NCBI GenBank assembly: GCA_963827235.1 | Contig: CAWHAE010000012.1 | Coordinates: forward strand, 1,216,001 to 1,280,000 | Source of the DNA: an uncultured bacterium | GTDB taxonomy: Bacteria; Chloroflexota; UBA5177; JANWHV01 | Length of the DNA stretch: 64,000 bases | Reading direction: 5' to 3' | Part shown: positions 44,190 through 53,599 of the stretch, in pieces | How positions within the stretch are numbered: position 1 is the first letter of the stretch | How the letters are laid out: every line of letters begins with the position of its first letter | Notes under the pieces: model-generated | Databases searched by the model: none | The model's input: the letters and a program-made list of their open reading frames with translations, nothing else | Told to the model about the DNA's origin: nothing | Translations under genes and position numbers: made by a program

Positions 44190-46103
44190 GTGGAGATAAC
44201 GTTTTGCTGCGGGCTGCCCGATGACGATGCGCAGGCCAGAGAGTTGCTGGCGCTCTACGAGCGCATGGGTGCCACGAGCGTCCAATCGTACGTAGAGTGG
44301 AAGCGGATCGAACCGGAACACGGCAGATTCGACTGGAGCTTCTACGATCGAGAGGTCCGCCTTATCCAGGAGTTCGGGCTAAAGTGGGTGCCGTTCATCA
44401 TCCTCGGCCCCTGGTACATCACCCCGGCCTGGTTCCAGGAGTCACCGGACTCGCATTTCGCCAAGTGCCTCGAGCACCACGCCGAGAGCCACGTGCAATC
44501 GATCTGGAATCCGGCTCTGCCGGCACACGTCGAGCGCGTGATGAAGGCCTTCGCCGATCACTACCTGGGCACGCACGTCCTGGAGTCCGTGCTGCTGGGA
44601 ATCTCCGGTGACTACGGCGAAGCGATCTACCAGGCCGTGGGCAACTGGCCGCTCGACTACCACACCCACTGCGGCTACTGGTGCGGCGACGACTATGCGG
44701 TAGCAGATTACCGGAAGTGGCTTCAGAATCGCTTCGGCACGCTCGACGAGCTGAACCGTCGCTGGTCCAGCGCCTACGACGGCTGGACTATGATGCCCTT
44801 TACACGGGAGCAGGCGCCCTCGCGCCGTGCCTGGCTCGACCAGATGCACTGGTATCGGGACACGATGACTGCCTGGGCCGGCCGCTGGATGGACATAGCA
44901 CAGGCCAGCTTCCCCGGCGTGGAGCTGTACCTCTGCACGGGAGGCGACGGCACGCCGGCACACGGCTCCGACTTCAGCGCGCAATGCAAGCTCGCGGCGG
45001 CGCGCGGCGCGGGCGTGCGCATCACCAATGAGGGCAGCGACTATCTCTTCAACTTCATCATCACGCGGCTGGTCGCATCCGCCTCGCGCCACTACGGGGC
45101 CTTCTTCGGCTTCGAGCCCGCCTCGACGGTGGACGAGCGCGGGACAGTGGCCAGAATCTACAACGCCGTGGCCTCAGGAGCGCGGCAGCTGCACGAGTAT
45201 GCCTTCAACTTCTACGACCCTGAGAAGCGCCAGGCCAGGCAGACGGTGCTCGACCGCTATCAGGCTCACGCGGAGTACCTCAAAGACGGCAAGCCGCGGG
45301 TCGACGTGGCAGTCTTTCTGCCGCTCAGCGACTTCACCTGCCACGAGGTGGGCTTCAGCTCTCGTCTGATCGCGGGCGCGCGATGGCTTCGCGACATCGT
45401 CGATTTCGACTTCGTCGACGAGCACATGATCGTCGACGGCGCCCTAGACCACGTCCGCTACCTGATCGTGCTCGACGGAGAGATCGCCGATGCGAGCGCG
45501 CTGGAGGCGCTGGAGAGCTGGGTGCAGCGCGGCGGCGTGCTGGTGAGCTGGCGCATGTTTAAGACGGTCGAAGGCGACGACGCCGTGTGCCGTCGCGTGT
45601 TCGGCCTGACGGAGCAGGGCGAGGAGCTGACCGGCATTCAGGATCTGCGCATGGTGGAGCCTGCATTCCTCGAGCACTTCTCTGCCGTGCCACACCCGGT
45701 GACAGCGCACAGCTACCGCGGTTTGGCGCCGACCGCCCGGCCGCTGGCGGTGCTGCAAAAGGATGCCACGGCGGCGGTCTGGCTCAACCGGCACGGCGAC
45801 GGCTGCGGCGTCTTCTTCGCCGGCCCGGTGGAACAGGACACCGATCTCTCGTTCACCTGGATGGGCGAACAGCACATGTACTTGCATCTCATTCGCGACT
45901 GCCTGTTCAACCTCTCTCGCGTCTGCGAGGGATGGCAGGACCTGGCCCGCCACGACGACACGCTGGACCAGGTATATGTGACGGACCTGGGTGACCGGCT
46001 GCTCTATCTCAACTATTCGGAGCAACCTGCCGAGAAAGCGACGCCCTGGGGAACTCCAGGTATACCGCCCTTCAGCATCCGATCGATGGAGAAGACCCGC
46101 TGA
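44190..46103 (+). CDS. Clan-A-like glycoside hydrolase (GH42/GH14-like) with beta-galactosidase trimerisation-type C-terminal domain
   Basis: 'YVEWKRIEPEHGRFDWSFYD', 'P.WF', 'SIWNP', 'GDYGEA', 'WLQNRFGTLDELNRRW', 'FGFEP', later 'VDFDFVDE...L..YLIV...LESWVQRGG.L'. Confidence 0.75.
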   Translation: MEITFCCGLPDDDAQARELLALYERMGATSVQSYVEWKRIEPEHGRFDWSFYDREVRLIQEFGLKWVPFIILGPWYITPAWFQESPDSHFAKCLEHHAESHVQSIWNPALPAHVERVMKAFADHYLGTHVLESVLLGISGDYGEAIYQAVGNWPLDYHTHCGYWCGDDYAVADYRKWLQNRFGTLDELNRRWSSAYDGWTMMPFTREQAPSRRAWLDQMHWYRDTMTAWAGRWMDIAQASFPGVELYLCTGGDGTPAHGSDFSAQCKLAAARGAGVRITNEGSDYLFNFIITRLVASASRHYGAFFGFEPASTVDERGTVARIYNAVASGARQLHEYAFNFYDPEKRQARQTVLDRYQAHAEYLKDGKPRVDVAVFLPLSDFTCHEVGFSSRLIAGARWLRDIVDFDFVDEHMIVDGALDHVRYLIVLDGEIADASALEALESWVQRGGVLVSWRMFKTVEGDDAVCRRVFGLTEQGEELTGIQDLRMVEPAFLEHFSAVPHPVTAHSYRGLAPTARPLAVLQKDATAAVWLNRHGDGCGVFFAGPVEQDTDLSFTWMGEQHMYLHLIRDCLFNLSRVCEGWQDLARHDDTLDQVYVTDLGDRLLYLNYSEQPAEKATPWGTPGIPPFSIRSMEKTR

Positions 46104-46147
46104 GCATGGTGCCGAGAGCGCGCCCGGTGCTTCTGCCGATCCGCGCA

Positions 46148-46193
46148 GGGCCGCATCCATCCGCCCCTGGCCGCGGACGGATGGATGCGGCCC
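46148..46193 (+). terminator. 16-bp hairpin between the GH gene and uxuA
   Basis: GGGCCGCATCCATCCG-N14-CGGATGGATGCGGCCC. Confidence 0.5.
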
Positions 46194-46294
46194 AACCTTA
46201 CCGCGTATACGAGGCGCCTTGCTGATACCCTGCCGATAGTTGCCGGCATATGCAGGATTGCGTCCGGGCGTCTATTGGCCTTTGGAGGTTGGAC

Positions 46295-47248
46295 ATGCGC
46301 GTAGCAATAGGTCAGTTCAACGAGCTGAGCGAGGAGCGGCTGCGCTTCGCCGTTCAGCTCGGGGCATCCGGCGTAGTACTCAACACGCCGCTCCTGCCGG
46401 GGGCACAGCATTGGGAGTACGAGGACTTGCTCTGGCTGCGCACGCGGTGCGACCGGCACGGTCTGCGGCTGGAGGCACTGGAGAACGTACCGGTCGCATT
46501 CTACGACAAGGCCATGCTCGGGCTCCCGGGCCGCGACGAGCAAATCGAGCACTACCAGACGACGATCAGGAACATCGGCCGGGCCGGCATCACGCACCTC
46601 GGCTACCACTGGATGCCCAACGGCGTGTGGCGCACGTCGTCCGCCACGCCCGGCAGGGGCGGTGCTCTGGTCTCGTCGTTCGACGTCTCGCTGGCCGACG
46701 CCGAGAAGCTCACCCACGGCCGCGTCTTCGGCGAAGACGAGATGTGGGATAACTACCGCTACTTCATCCAGGCGGTCCTGCCCGTCGCCGAGCAGGCAGG
46801 CGTCACGCTGGCGCTGCATCCCGACGATCCGCCTGTGCCCTCACTCGGCGGCGTGGCCCGTCTCTTCCGCAGCTTCGCCGGCTTCGCCCGCGCCATGGAG
46901 ATGGCGCCGAGTCGCCACCACGGGCTGGACTTCTGCATGGGTAGCTGGTCCGAGATGGGTCCCGGCGTGATCGACGCCATCCACCATTTCGCCGGCCGCG
47001 GCCAGATTGCCTACGTCCATTTCCGCGACGTGCAGGGTGCGGTGCCCTGCTTCCAGGAATGCTTCCTGGGCGAAGGCAACGTCGACGTGACCGAGGCGAT
47101 TCGCGCCTTGCGCGACGGCGGCTTCGACGGATTCATCATCGACGACCACGTGCCGCACCTGGTCGACGACAGCGAGTGGGGGCATCGCGGCAGAGCGTTT
47201 CAGACCGGCTACATCATGGGCCTGGTGAAGGCACTCGTGCCTGCCTGA
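46295..47248 (+). CDS. uxuA: Mannonate dehydratase (UxuA family), second paralog
   Basis: 'GLRLEALEN', 'GRDEQIE', 'LGYHWMPNGVWRT', 'LALHPDDPP', 'HFRDV', 'DDHVP'. GGAGG RBS. Confidence 0.85.
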   Translation: MRVAIGQFNELSEERLRFAVQLGASGVVLNTPLLPGAQHWEYEDLLWLRTRCDRHGLRLEALENVPVAFYDKAMLGLPGRDEQIEHYQTTIRNIGRAGITHLGYHWMPNGVWRTSSATPGRGGALVSSFDVSLADAEKLTHGRVFGEDEMWDNYRYFIQAVLPVAEQAGVTLALHPDDPPVPSLGGVARLFRSFAGFARAMEMAPSRHHGLDFCMGSWSEMGPGVIDAIHHFAGRGQIAYVHFRDVQGAVPCFQECFLGEGNVDVTEAIRALRDGGFDGFIIDDHVPHLVDDSEWGHRGRAFQTGYIMGLVKALVPA

Positions 47249-47269
47249 GAACGGCGGCCCGGCGAAGCA

Positions 47270-49256
47270 CTACTCGACAGCGCCATCGCGGAACACCCGG
47301 CGGAGCGCCAGGGCGGCCGGTTTCGGCCGCCCTTCGAAATCGACCACCGCCGTGTTGGCCGCGCAGGGAAAACTGTCGTGACCCATCCAGACGATGAACC
47401 CACCGCAGCGCGGAAAGCGATTCTTGCAGGCGCGGGCAGCACGCTGCAGTGCCCGCGCCTGCCGCTCCTGGCTCCACGACACGTATTCCTCCAGGTCGCG
47501 CGGTTCTCGTCCGACCTCCTGCACGAAGAGCGGCCATTCAATCCACCATGCCGTGCGATTCCAGAACGGGTTCCGCGCGGTGCCCGGCACGGCGGCGCAC
47601 TCGCCGCGGTAGCGATGGATCGAGATCGACCCCGCTTGCACCGGGCGCCCCCGTCTCGGAGCGAAACAGCGCGTCATCGCCCTGCCAGTAGCGGTCCCAT
47701 TCGTCGTGCAGCGAGCCCTCCGGCTTCCACGGCCCATGGATGTCCCAGTGCAGCCCTTTGCCGAACTCCGCCTCGGCGGCGCCGAAACGAGGGCCGCTGG
47801 AGGAGGTTGGCAGGAACCGCCGTTCCGGGTCGTCCTCCGCGACGACGCTCGCGAGGTGCGCAATCAGCGGGTGGCCCACACCGACCGGTCTGCCCGCGGC
47901 GTCTTGCAGCTCGTTGCCGCCGCACCACAGGGCGAGCGACACGTGGTGACGGCGCCGCGAGACGTAGGAACGAGCGATCTGGACAAGCTCGGCCAGGCTG
48001 GCTTCGTCGTCCGGCGGCCAGTTGTCCACCCCGGATGACGAGAGCGGAAATTCCTGCCAGACCAGCAGGCCCAGCTCGTCGCACAGGTTGTAGAACACCT
48101 CCTTCTCCAGGAAGGCACCGCCCCACACTCGGAGCAGGTTGCAGCCCATGTCGCGATAGAGCGTGAGGCGCTCCCGGTACTGCTCCTCGGTGACGTCGGC
48201 AAAGTTGGGACGGATCGGCGTCCAGTTGACGCCCTGCAAGAAGATAGGCTTGCCGTTGAGCACGCAGAGCCAGGGATCTGCGGCTTCCGGCGCCCCAGCG
48301 CAGGCAGTCCAGCGCAGATCCTTGAAGCCGATCCGGCGCTCGACGACATCGTGCGCGGCGCCGCTCGCGTCGAGCAACGTGCAGGTCAGGGTGTAGAGCG
48401 GTTGCGTCCCGTGGCCGTTCGTCCACCATGCCGATACCGGCAGACGTTCCCAAACCATGCCGGCGGCCAGGGCAGCGGCGCTCACCTCTTCCTCGCGCAC
48501 CGCACCGCCGTCCCCTACCAGTGCCAGGCGTACGCGATAGTCGGCCGGCGTGCAGTCGAAGCCCGCTTTTATGTAAAGACTACCGCTGCTATCGGCCGAG
48601 CCGGCGCGTGCCACGCTCTGCAGGTCGCTGAATGCCGGTCCGCCGCACACCTCGAGCAGGAGGTCGTCCCACACGCCTATCTGCACCAGCCGGGGCGTCC
48701 AGTCCCACGTGTAGTTGAAACGCGGCTTCCATTCGCGCATACGCGAGGTGGCGCCGAACTGCCCGAGCCAGCGAGGCGGGCAATCGAAGACGATCTGCAG
48801 GGTGTTGCTTTGCGCGGGCACGCGTTCGCTCGCAGCAGAACTCTCCCCGGCGCCCTTCGCCGCCGTGCGAAGATGGGGCGTGAGGTCCACGTTCTGCGGA
48901 CGGAACGATCCCCTGAAGGCGGCGATTTCGACGCCGTTCAGCAGCACCCAGCCGCTGTAGTCCAGACCGAGACATTGCAGGCGGATGGTGCGGCCGGGCT
49001 CGATCCACTCGTCGGGCAGCCGTGTCTCATAGATCCAGTGACGGTTCTCAACCCATTCGCAGTCCCGGCTGTTCAGTCCCACGTTCCAGTCCGGCAGCAG
49101 GCCCGCGTTCCGCAGTGCGAGCTGAACCGATCCGGGCACCGCGGCGGAGGCCACGCGTAGCTCGGCGTGTTCCGGATCCTTGTCCAACTGCCACATGTAC
49201 GGCGTCCAGCCGCTGAGCGACCAGCGGAGCGACGAAAGATCGAACGTTCTCTTCAT
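47270..49256 (-). pseudogene. GH2 beta-mannosidase with a +1 frameshift at ~47621 (real lesion or sequencing error)
   Basis: VPGSVQ..L, 'GLDY', 'KPRFNYTWDWTPRL', 'FLQGVNW', 'NLLRVWGG', 'VWQEF', 'WCGGNE', 'SETG'. The C-terminus (…WSQERQA…GGFIVWMGHDSFPC..NTAVVDF.GRPKPA) is in the adjacent frame, after GTC GAT CTC [G] ATC CAT. Confidence 0.85.
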
Positions 49257-49572
49257 TTGTGCCCTCACAAGAGATCGTGACAGGCTGCGCCACCGGGCGC
49301 ATGTGACGCCGCCCACTCCATCGTCTCTGTGCGGCGTGGAACCCGGAGCCCGTATCGGGAGCTGTCGAGCGCACACCGACAATCGCCGGTGCCGCGGGAG
49401 ATGGTCGTGACGGCCGCCCGGACCTGATGCATCATACCTCCGGCTCACCTCATTGCCGCAATCGCTCCGCTTGCTGCTCGAGATCGAGGGCTCCTGACGG
49501 TGCGCAAACGTGCGCCCACGCGCAGATAACCGGGTTCTCTCCGCTGCGGAGTGCAATGCGAAAGAGCTCGCT

Positions 49573-49966
49573 TGTCAGCGTCACGAGACGTGCTCCGGCG
49601 AGCAGCGCCAGCACCGCCGCTTGTTCGCGCTCGCGCCCCACGAGGCCGGAGAGCGCGGCCGGCAGGTTGTGCCGTGGCGTCAGCAGCGAGCGCCGCGAAG
49701 CCGGCCGGTGTTGACGTCGTGGCCCCGGCCGGCGCTGAGGGCTCGGGCACGCTCTCCGGTCGGGCTGCCGCCAGCAGCGCCAACCGCTGGTCGGTAGACA
49801 GGGCCATGGCCTCCGCCAGCAGTCGGACCTATTCCATATGTGGCCTGCGATTGACCCCTCGCTCGAGCGCGCTGACCGCCCGTTCGGAGAGCCCGGCCGC
49901 CAGACGCAGCCGGCGCAAAAGCGCGGCGAAAGGGCCACGATCCCGAACCCTGGGCGTGTCGGACAC
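49573..49966 (-). pseudogene. Relic of an XRE-HTH + ATPase (NB-ARC/AAA) regulator
   Basis: GGAGG RBS and GTG start. FAALLRRLRLAAGLSERAVSALERG..RRPHME*VRLLAEAM (in-frame TAG at 49829-49831), frameshift near 49700, then 'HNLPAALSGLVGRERE..V..LL...RLVTLT' cut just before Walker A. Confidence 0.8.
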
Positions 49967-50140
49967 GAGCGCTGTCCTCCGGGTTCGATAGTAGCCGATC
50001 CTGTGGGTATCGTATGGCCACTCTGCGTGGTGCCGGGCACAGGCGGGAGGCTCTTGGTGCCTGATGTCCTGACCGCGGCTTGATGTGCCCTCCGGCCCGG
50101 GCTCGTGGCCCTGAGGGTCGCCAACCTGGAGACCAGCGGA

Positions 50141-50178
50141 GAAAGGGTGTGCTGCGCGCGTGCGCAGCACACCCTTTC
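50141..50178. repeat. 17-bp perfect inverted repeat (hairpin)
   Basis: GAAAGGGTGTGCTGCGC-GCGT-GCGCAGCACACCCTTTC. Confidence 0.75.
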
Positions 50179-50379
50179 CTTGCCAGAGGCGTCGTATTGG
50201 TCATGGCGTGGCCGTGTGCCCGGACGTGTAGGCGGGCAGAGGGTGCGTAGCAATGTTGCCCGCCGGCGCGAGTCTCCCGCATCCGCCTTTCAGGATGCAC
50301 CGCGGAGCCGGCGCGACCGGACCAGCAGCAGCTGCCAGACGTTGGGACGTCGTCGTGAATGCGCCGATCATCATTGCGG

Positions 50380-50733
50380 CTACGGTTGCCCCGAATCATA
50401 GACTAGCTCTGGCATCGGCGGCAGACCTTGACTGCGGTCCATCCCGAACACGTGCTCCAGTTGGGAGAAGATCCAGGGACCATAGTCGGCGTCAGCCGCA
50501 TTCGCCGTCATGACGCGCTGCAGAGCGGTCGCAGGCTCCTCGCTCTCGAACACGGCCACATACAGGTAGCTTCCGTCGCCCAGGGCCTGGAGGTACCCGC
50601 GCTCAAGCACGTCTGCCTGGCGGTGTACCTCTGCCGTCTGCGCCCGGCGCGCTCCGTTCAGGCCAGCGAGCAACAGACGCAGCGCCTCGACTTTCTCCCG
50701 CTTCACCGGCAATGCCATGACGCTCAGATCCAT
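50380..50733 (-). CDS. Hypothetical small protein (DUF6176-like / dimeric alpha-beta barrel)
   Basis: GGAGGAG RBS. Pattern 'ALPVK..KVEA.R....L.G.R......R...V.ER.YLQ......V..FE...P..AL..............W......V.G.D'. Confidence 0.65.
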   Translation of the reverse strand: MDLSVMALPVKREKVEALRLLLAGLNGARRAQTAEVHRQADVLERGYLQALGDGSYLYVAVFESEEPATALQRVMTANAADADYGPWIFSQLEHVFGMDRSQGLPPMPELVYDSGQP

Positions 50734-50904
50734 CGACCGACTCTCCTCCAGCTAGCAACAACGACGTGACTACCTGTACTACGCGGCTGCGGCACCCACG
50801 GATCATGTGTTCTGGCATCCGTAGTGAGCCTTGCGCCCGATGATCGCGCGGCTCCGTAGACTGGGATGCTTGCGATTGGGCGATCCGCGCGTGCCAAGAC
50901 CACG

Positions 50905-51053
50905 GTGTTTTTGGCAGAGAGACGTTGCACCGGAGATGGAGCGACCGACCAGGAAACGATCTTTGGCCGGCAGCAGACTCCCCGTTGGAACCTTCGCCGC
51001 AGCCACAGGGCACGTGATCGCCCGTCAGTGCAATGTGCTTCTGCCCAAAACAC
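50905..51053. mobile_element. MITE-like 149-bp element with 26-bp imperfect terminal inverted repeats
   Basis: Left GTGTTTTTGGCAGAGAGACGTTGCAC versus reverse complement of right GTGTTTTGGGCAGAAGCACATTGCAC (21/26 identical). No coding capacity and no clear target-site duplication. Confidence 0.45.
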
Positions 51054-51276
51054 ACAGCCCGACGGCGGCACCTCGAATGCATGAAGATACAGATACTGAC
51101 GCCCGTCGGTTGCCTGACCACCTGGCCTGCCGGGCGGTAGCAACCAACGCGGTACCGGCCCGGGCAAGTCACCCGCCATTCACCTGCCTGGAGGCCACCC
51201 GCGCGGGCCTTGGCCGTGTCCCCGCAGGACGTGATCATCGCCAATGGCATGCGCCGCCTACAGAGCGGTGACACGA

Positions 51277-51305
51277 TTGACATCGCATCAGTGGGCGCAT
51301 AGTAT
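51277..51305 (+). promoter_or_regulatory. Sigma70-type promoter TTGACA-N17-TAGTAT
   Basis: Located about 120 nt upstream of the propeller gene. Confidence 0.55.
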
Positions 51306-51422
51306 TGCCGCGAGCCTTTCGTATCCGCATGGCGGCTGGTGCGAACGTGCGAATGGATCTCGGGGCGCAGGCTGACGCCTGGGATGGCGCCACACGTGCC
51401 GATTGCTGTCCGAATCCGGGAA

Positions 51423-52535
51423 GTGAGCGTGAAGAGTACGGTGCGCGGGGCATGGGCGACGCCTGGCTATTGGCCGGCCATACTTGTAGTCGGACTGATG
51501 GTGTCGAGCCTGCCTGGATTCGCCGTGCAAGCGTCTGCGGAGCAGGCGATCCCGGCCGCTCGCATAGCGGAGCCTCGGCCTCAGGTGCTTGCCTTGGCCG
51601 GTGCTGCCGGCAGGGCGGGGCGCCAGGAGGACCCGGCCAAGGCAAGCACCTGGACCTGGCGTAGCCGCGCCTCCGGCACCACCGATGACCTCGATGGCAT
51701 TGCCTGCCCAACCAGCAAGGACTGTGTCGCGGTGGGTGCCGACGGCACGATCTTGACCAGCGCCGACGGCGGAGCCGGTTGGAGCAATCGCCGCAATAGC
51801 GCCGCTGGTGACCTGGTCGGGGTCACCTGCCCGACCCGTAGCACCTGTCTGGCGGTGGGTGCAGACACTATCCTGACCAGCACCGACGCGGGCACCAGCT
51901 GGCGCCGCCGCTCCTTTCCCGAATCCGCTCCGTTGGCGGACGCCGCCTGCCTCTCGCCGAGTACCTGCGTCGTGGTGGGGTGGACCGGCACGCTCTTGGT
52001 CACCACAGACGGCGGCAGCACCTGGCGCCCGCATCCCACCCACACCGACGCGAATCTCAACGGTGTCGCCTGCCCGACCAGCAAGGCGTGTCTGGCCGTG
52101 GGGTGGAATATGACGAGTGGCACAGTCCTGGCGACGCTGGACGGCGGCGCCAGCTGGCAGAGCCGCACGTCGGGCACGTCTGGTACGCTGAGCGCCGTCA
52201 CCTGTCCGGCTCCGTCCGCCTGCCTGGCCGTGGGCGATGGCGGCACCGTGCTCACCAGCGCTGACAGCGGCGTCACCTGGCGGAGCCGCCCCTCGTCCAC
52301 CGTCAAGTCCTTGAACAGCGTCGTGTGCTCGGCGCGCAGTGCTTGCCTGGCGGTAGGCGGCAGCCTGAGCACCGGCACTATCGTGGTCAGCAGTGACGGC
52401 GGCTCAAGCTGGCACAGTGTCCGCTCCGGTACCGGCAACGACCTCAATGGCATCGCCTGCCCTGTTGCCGGCTCGTGCCTGGCCGTGGGCGATAGCGGCA
52501 CTATCCTGGCCGGCACCGACCCGAACGTCGGCTGA
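51423..52535 (+). CDS. Secreted Ycf48/BNR (Asp-box) repeat beta-propeller protein with Cys pairs
   Basis: Signal-like segment ending VQA-SA. Seven ~42-aa repeats 'L.G(V/I)AC-x5-CLAVG..GT(I/V)L.(S/T).DGG.SW'. Confidence 0.85.
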   Translation: MSVKSTVRGAWATPGYWPAILVVGLMVSSLPGFAVQASAEQAIPAARIAEPRPQVLALAGAAGRAGRQEDPAKASTWTWRSRASGTTDDLDGIACPTSKDCVAVGADGTILTSADGGAGWSNRRNSAAGDLVGVTCPTRSTCLAVGADTILTSTDAGTSWRRRSFPESAPLADAACLSPSTCVVVGWTGTLLVTTDGGSTWRPHPTHTDANLNGVACPTSKACLAVGWNMTSGTVLATLDGGASWQSRTSGTSGTLSAVTCPAPSACLAVGDGGTVLTSADSGVTWRSRPSSTVKSLNSVVCSARSACLAVGGSLSTGTIVVSSDGGSSWHSVRSGTGNDLNGIACPVAGSCLAVGDSGTILAGTDPNVG

Positions 52536-52616
52536 AGGCACCGGAGGCTGAGCTGCGTCGCATCGCCGGTGCCCGCGGGATGTCGGCGTTCGTCAACGAG
52601 GCGGTCCGCCAGCAGC

Positions 52617-52672
52617 TGCAGATGGCTACGGTGAGCGTCAAAGTGCTCTGCCAGCCGCTCGTGGTCGTCCAT
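52617..52672 (-). pseudogene. N-terminal stub of an ECF41 (SigJ-like) sigma factor
   Basis: MDDHERLAEHFDAHRSHL matches the start of SigJ-type sigmas (…LAERFE.HR.HL.AVAYRMLG) and then diverges. Divergent from a VOC gene. Confidence 0.55.
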
Positions 52673-52690
52673 CGCGGCCCTTCCCTCCTC

Positions 52691-52717
52691 GGTCACATTT
52701 CATCGCCGCTACCTGTC
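52691..52717 (+). promoter_or_regulatory. ECF41-type promoter GGTCACA-N16-TGTC upstream of the VOC gene
   Basis: ECF41 consensus is TGTCACA-N16-CGTC. This site has two mismatches and exact spacing. Confidence 0.55.
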
Positions 52718-52782
52718 AGAGTAGTGACCGGCGGAATGCCGACGGTGTGACAGCGCGAGAGTTGCGAGGGAGCGGATACGGT

Positions 52783-53196
52783 ATGAACGCGCACGTCAGC
52801 TCGATTCTTCTTGGTGTCAGGGATATGGAAGCATCCAAGCGCTTCTACACAGAGGGCCTGGGCTGGAAGGTCCAGAATGACTGGGGCATCTCGGTGTTCT
52901 TCGTGCCACACGGCGGGTCGCTCGTGGGCTTCTACGGCCGCGATGGCTTGGCTGCCACCGTGGGGGTCAGCCCAGAGGGCACGGGCTTCAGCGGCGTTGT
53001 TCTGAGCTACGTGGTCCGCAGCGAGGCGCGGGTCGATGCGATCATGGCCGAAGCCCAGGCGGCCGGCGCCATGATCCTCAAGCCCGCCGAGAAGCTGCAG
53101 TGGGGCGGGTACGGCGGTACCTTCGCGGACCCGGATGGCTACATCTGGCAGGTCGGATACAGCGCGCAGGGAACGGATCAGCCCTACGCGGAGTAG
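52783..53196 (+). CDS. VOC/glyoxalase family protein
   Basis: 'ILLGVRDMEASKRFYTEGLGW', 'A.AAGA.ILKPA....WGGYGGTFADPDGYIW'. Confidence 0.92.
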   Translation: MNAHVSSILLGVRDMEASKRFYTEGLGWKVQNDWGISVFFVPHGGSLVGFYGRDGLAATVGVSPEGTGFSGVVLSYVVRSEARVDAIMAEAQAAGAMILKPAEKLQWGGYGGTFADPDGYIWQVGYSAQGTDQPYAE

Positions 53197-53599
53197 TCGC
53201 CGCTGCAGGGGCCGGCTCGCTGGTCGACGGTAGTTTCGAGGTTCGTCTCCGCGCGGACATGCCGGAAGCCGGGCGGCAACGCATGGCAGCTGCTGCCCGG
53301 TCTCCGGTACATCGCGGCACGAGCCAGCTCCGCAGAGGGCGTGGGCATTCTTAGCGATCGACTTGCGCGCCTCTCACGCGGTTGTGGCCGGGCCAACGTA
53401 GTCTGCGTTGGCGGCGGCGGCGGCTCGACAAGGCCCCCAAAGGTGCCTGACGATGCGGCCCACGCCGCCGTCGGCGTCGCTGGATCCGTTTCGGCGACGC
53501 AGGCGTCTGTCGGTGGCGGCACTCACGCAACGCGCATGCGGTTGTCGTGCATGCTGCTCAACTCAGGACCAGATGGGGAACGTCGTTCCCAATAACTGC

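Noticed and set aside
51650-52520. ~126-bp periodic DNA repeats as a possible CRISPR or tandem array
   Set aside because: Degenerate, in-frame protein repeats with no invariant repeat and unique spacer structure.
51581-52696. 371-aa repetitive minus-strand ORF
   Set aside because: Only its first ~25 codons are meaningful (sigma stub). The rest is the antisense read of the BNR repeats.
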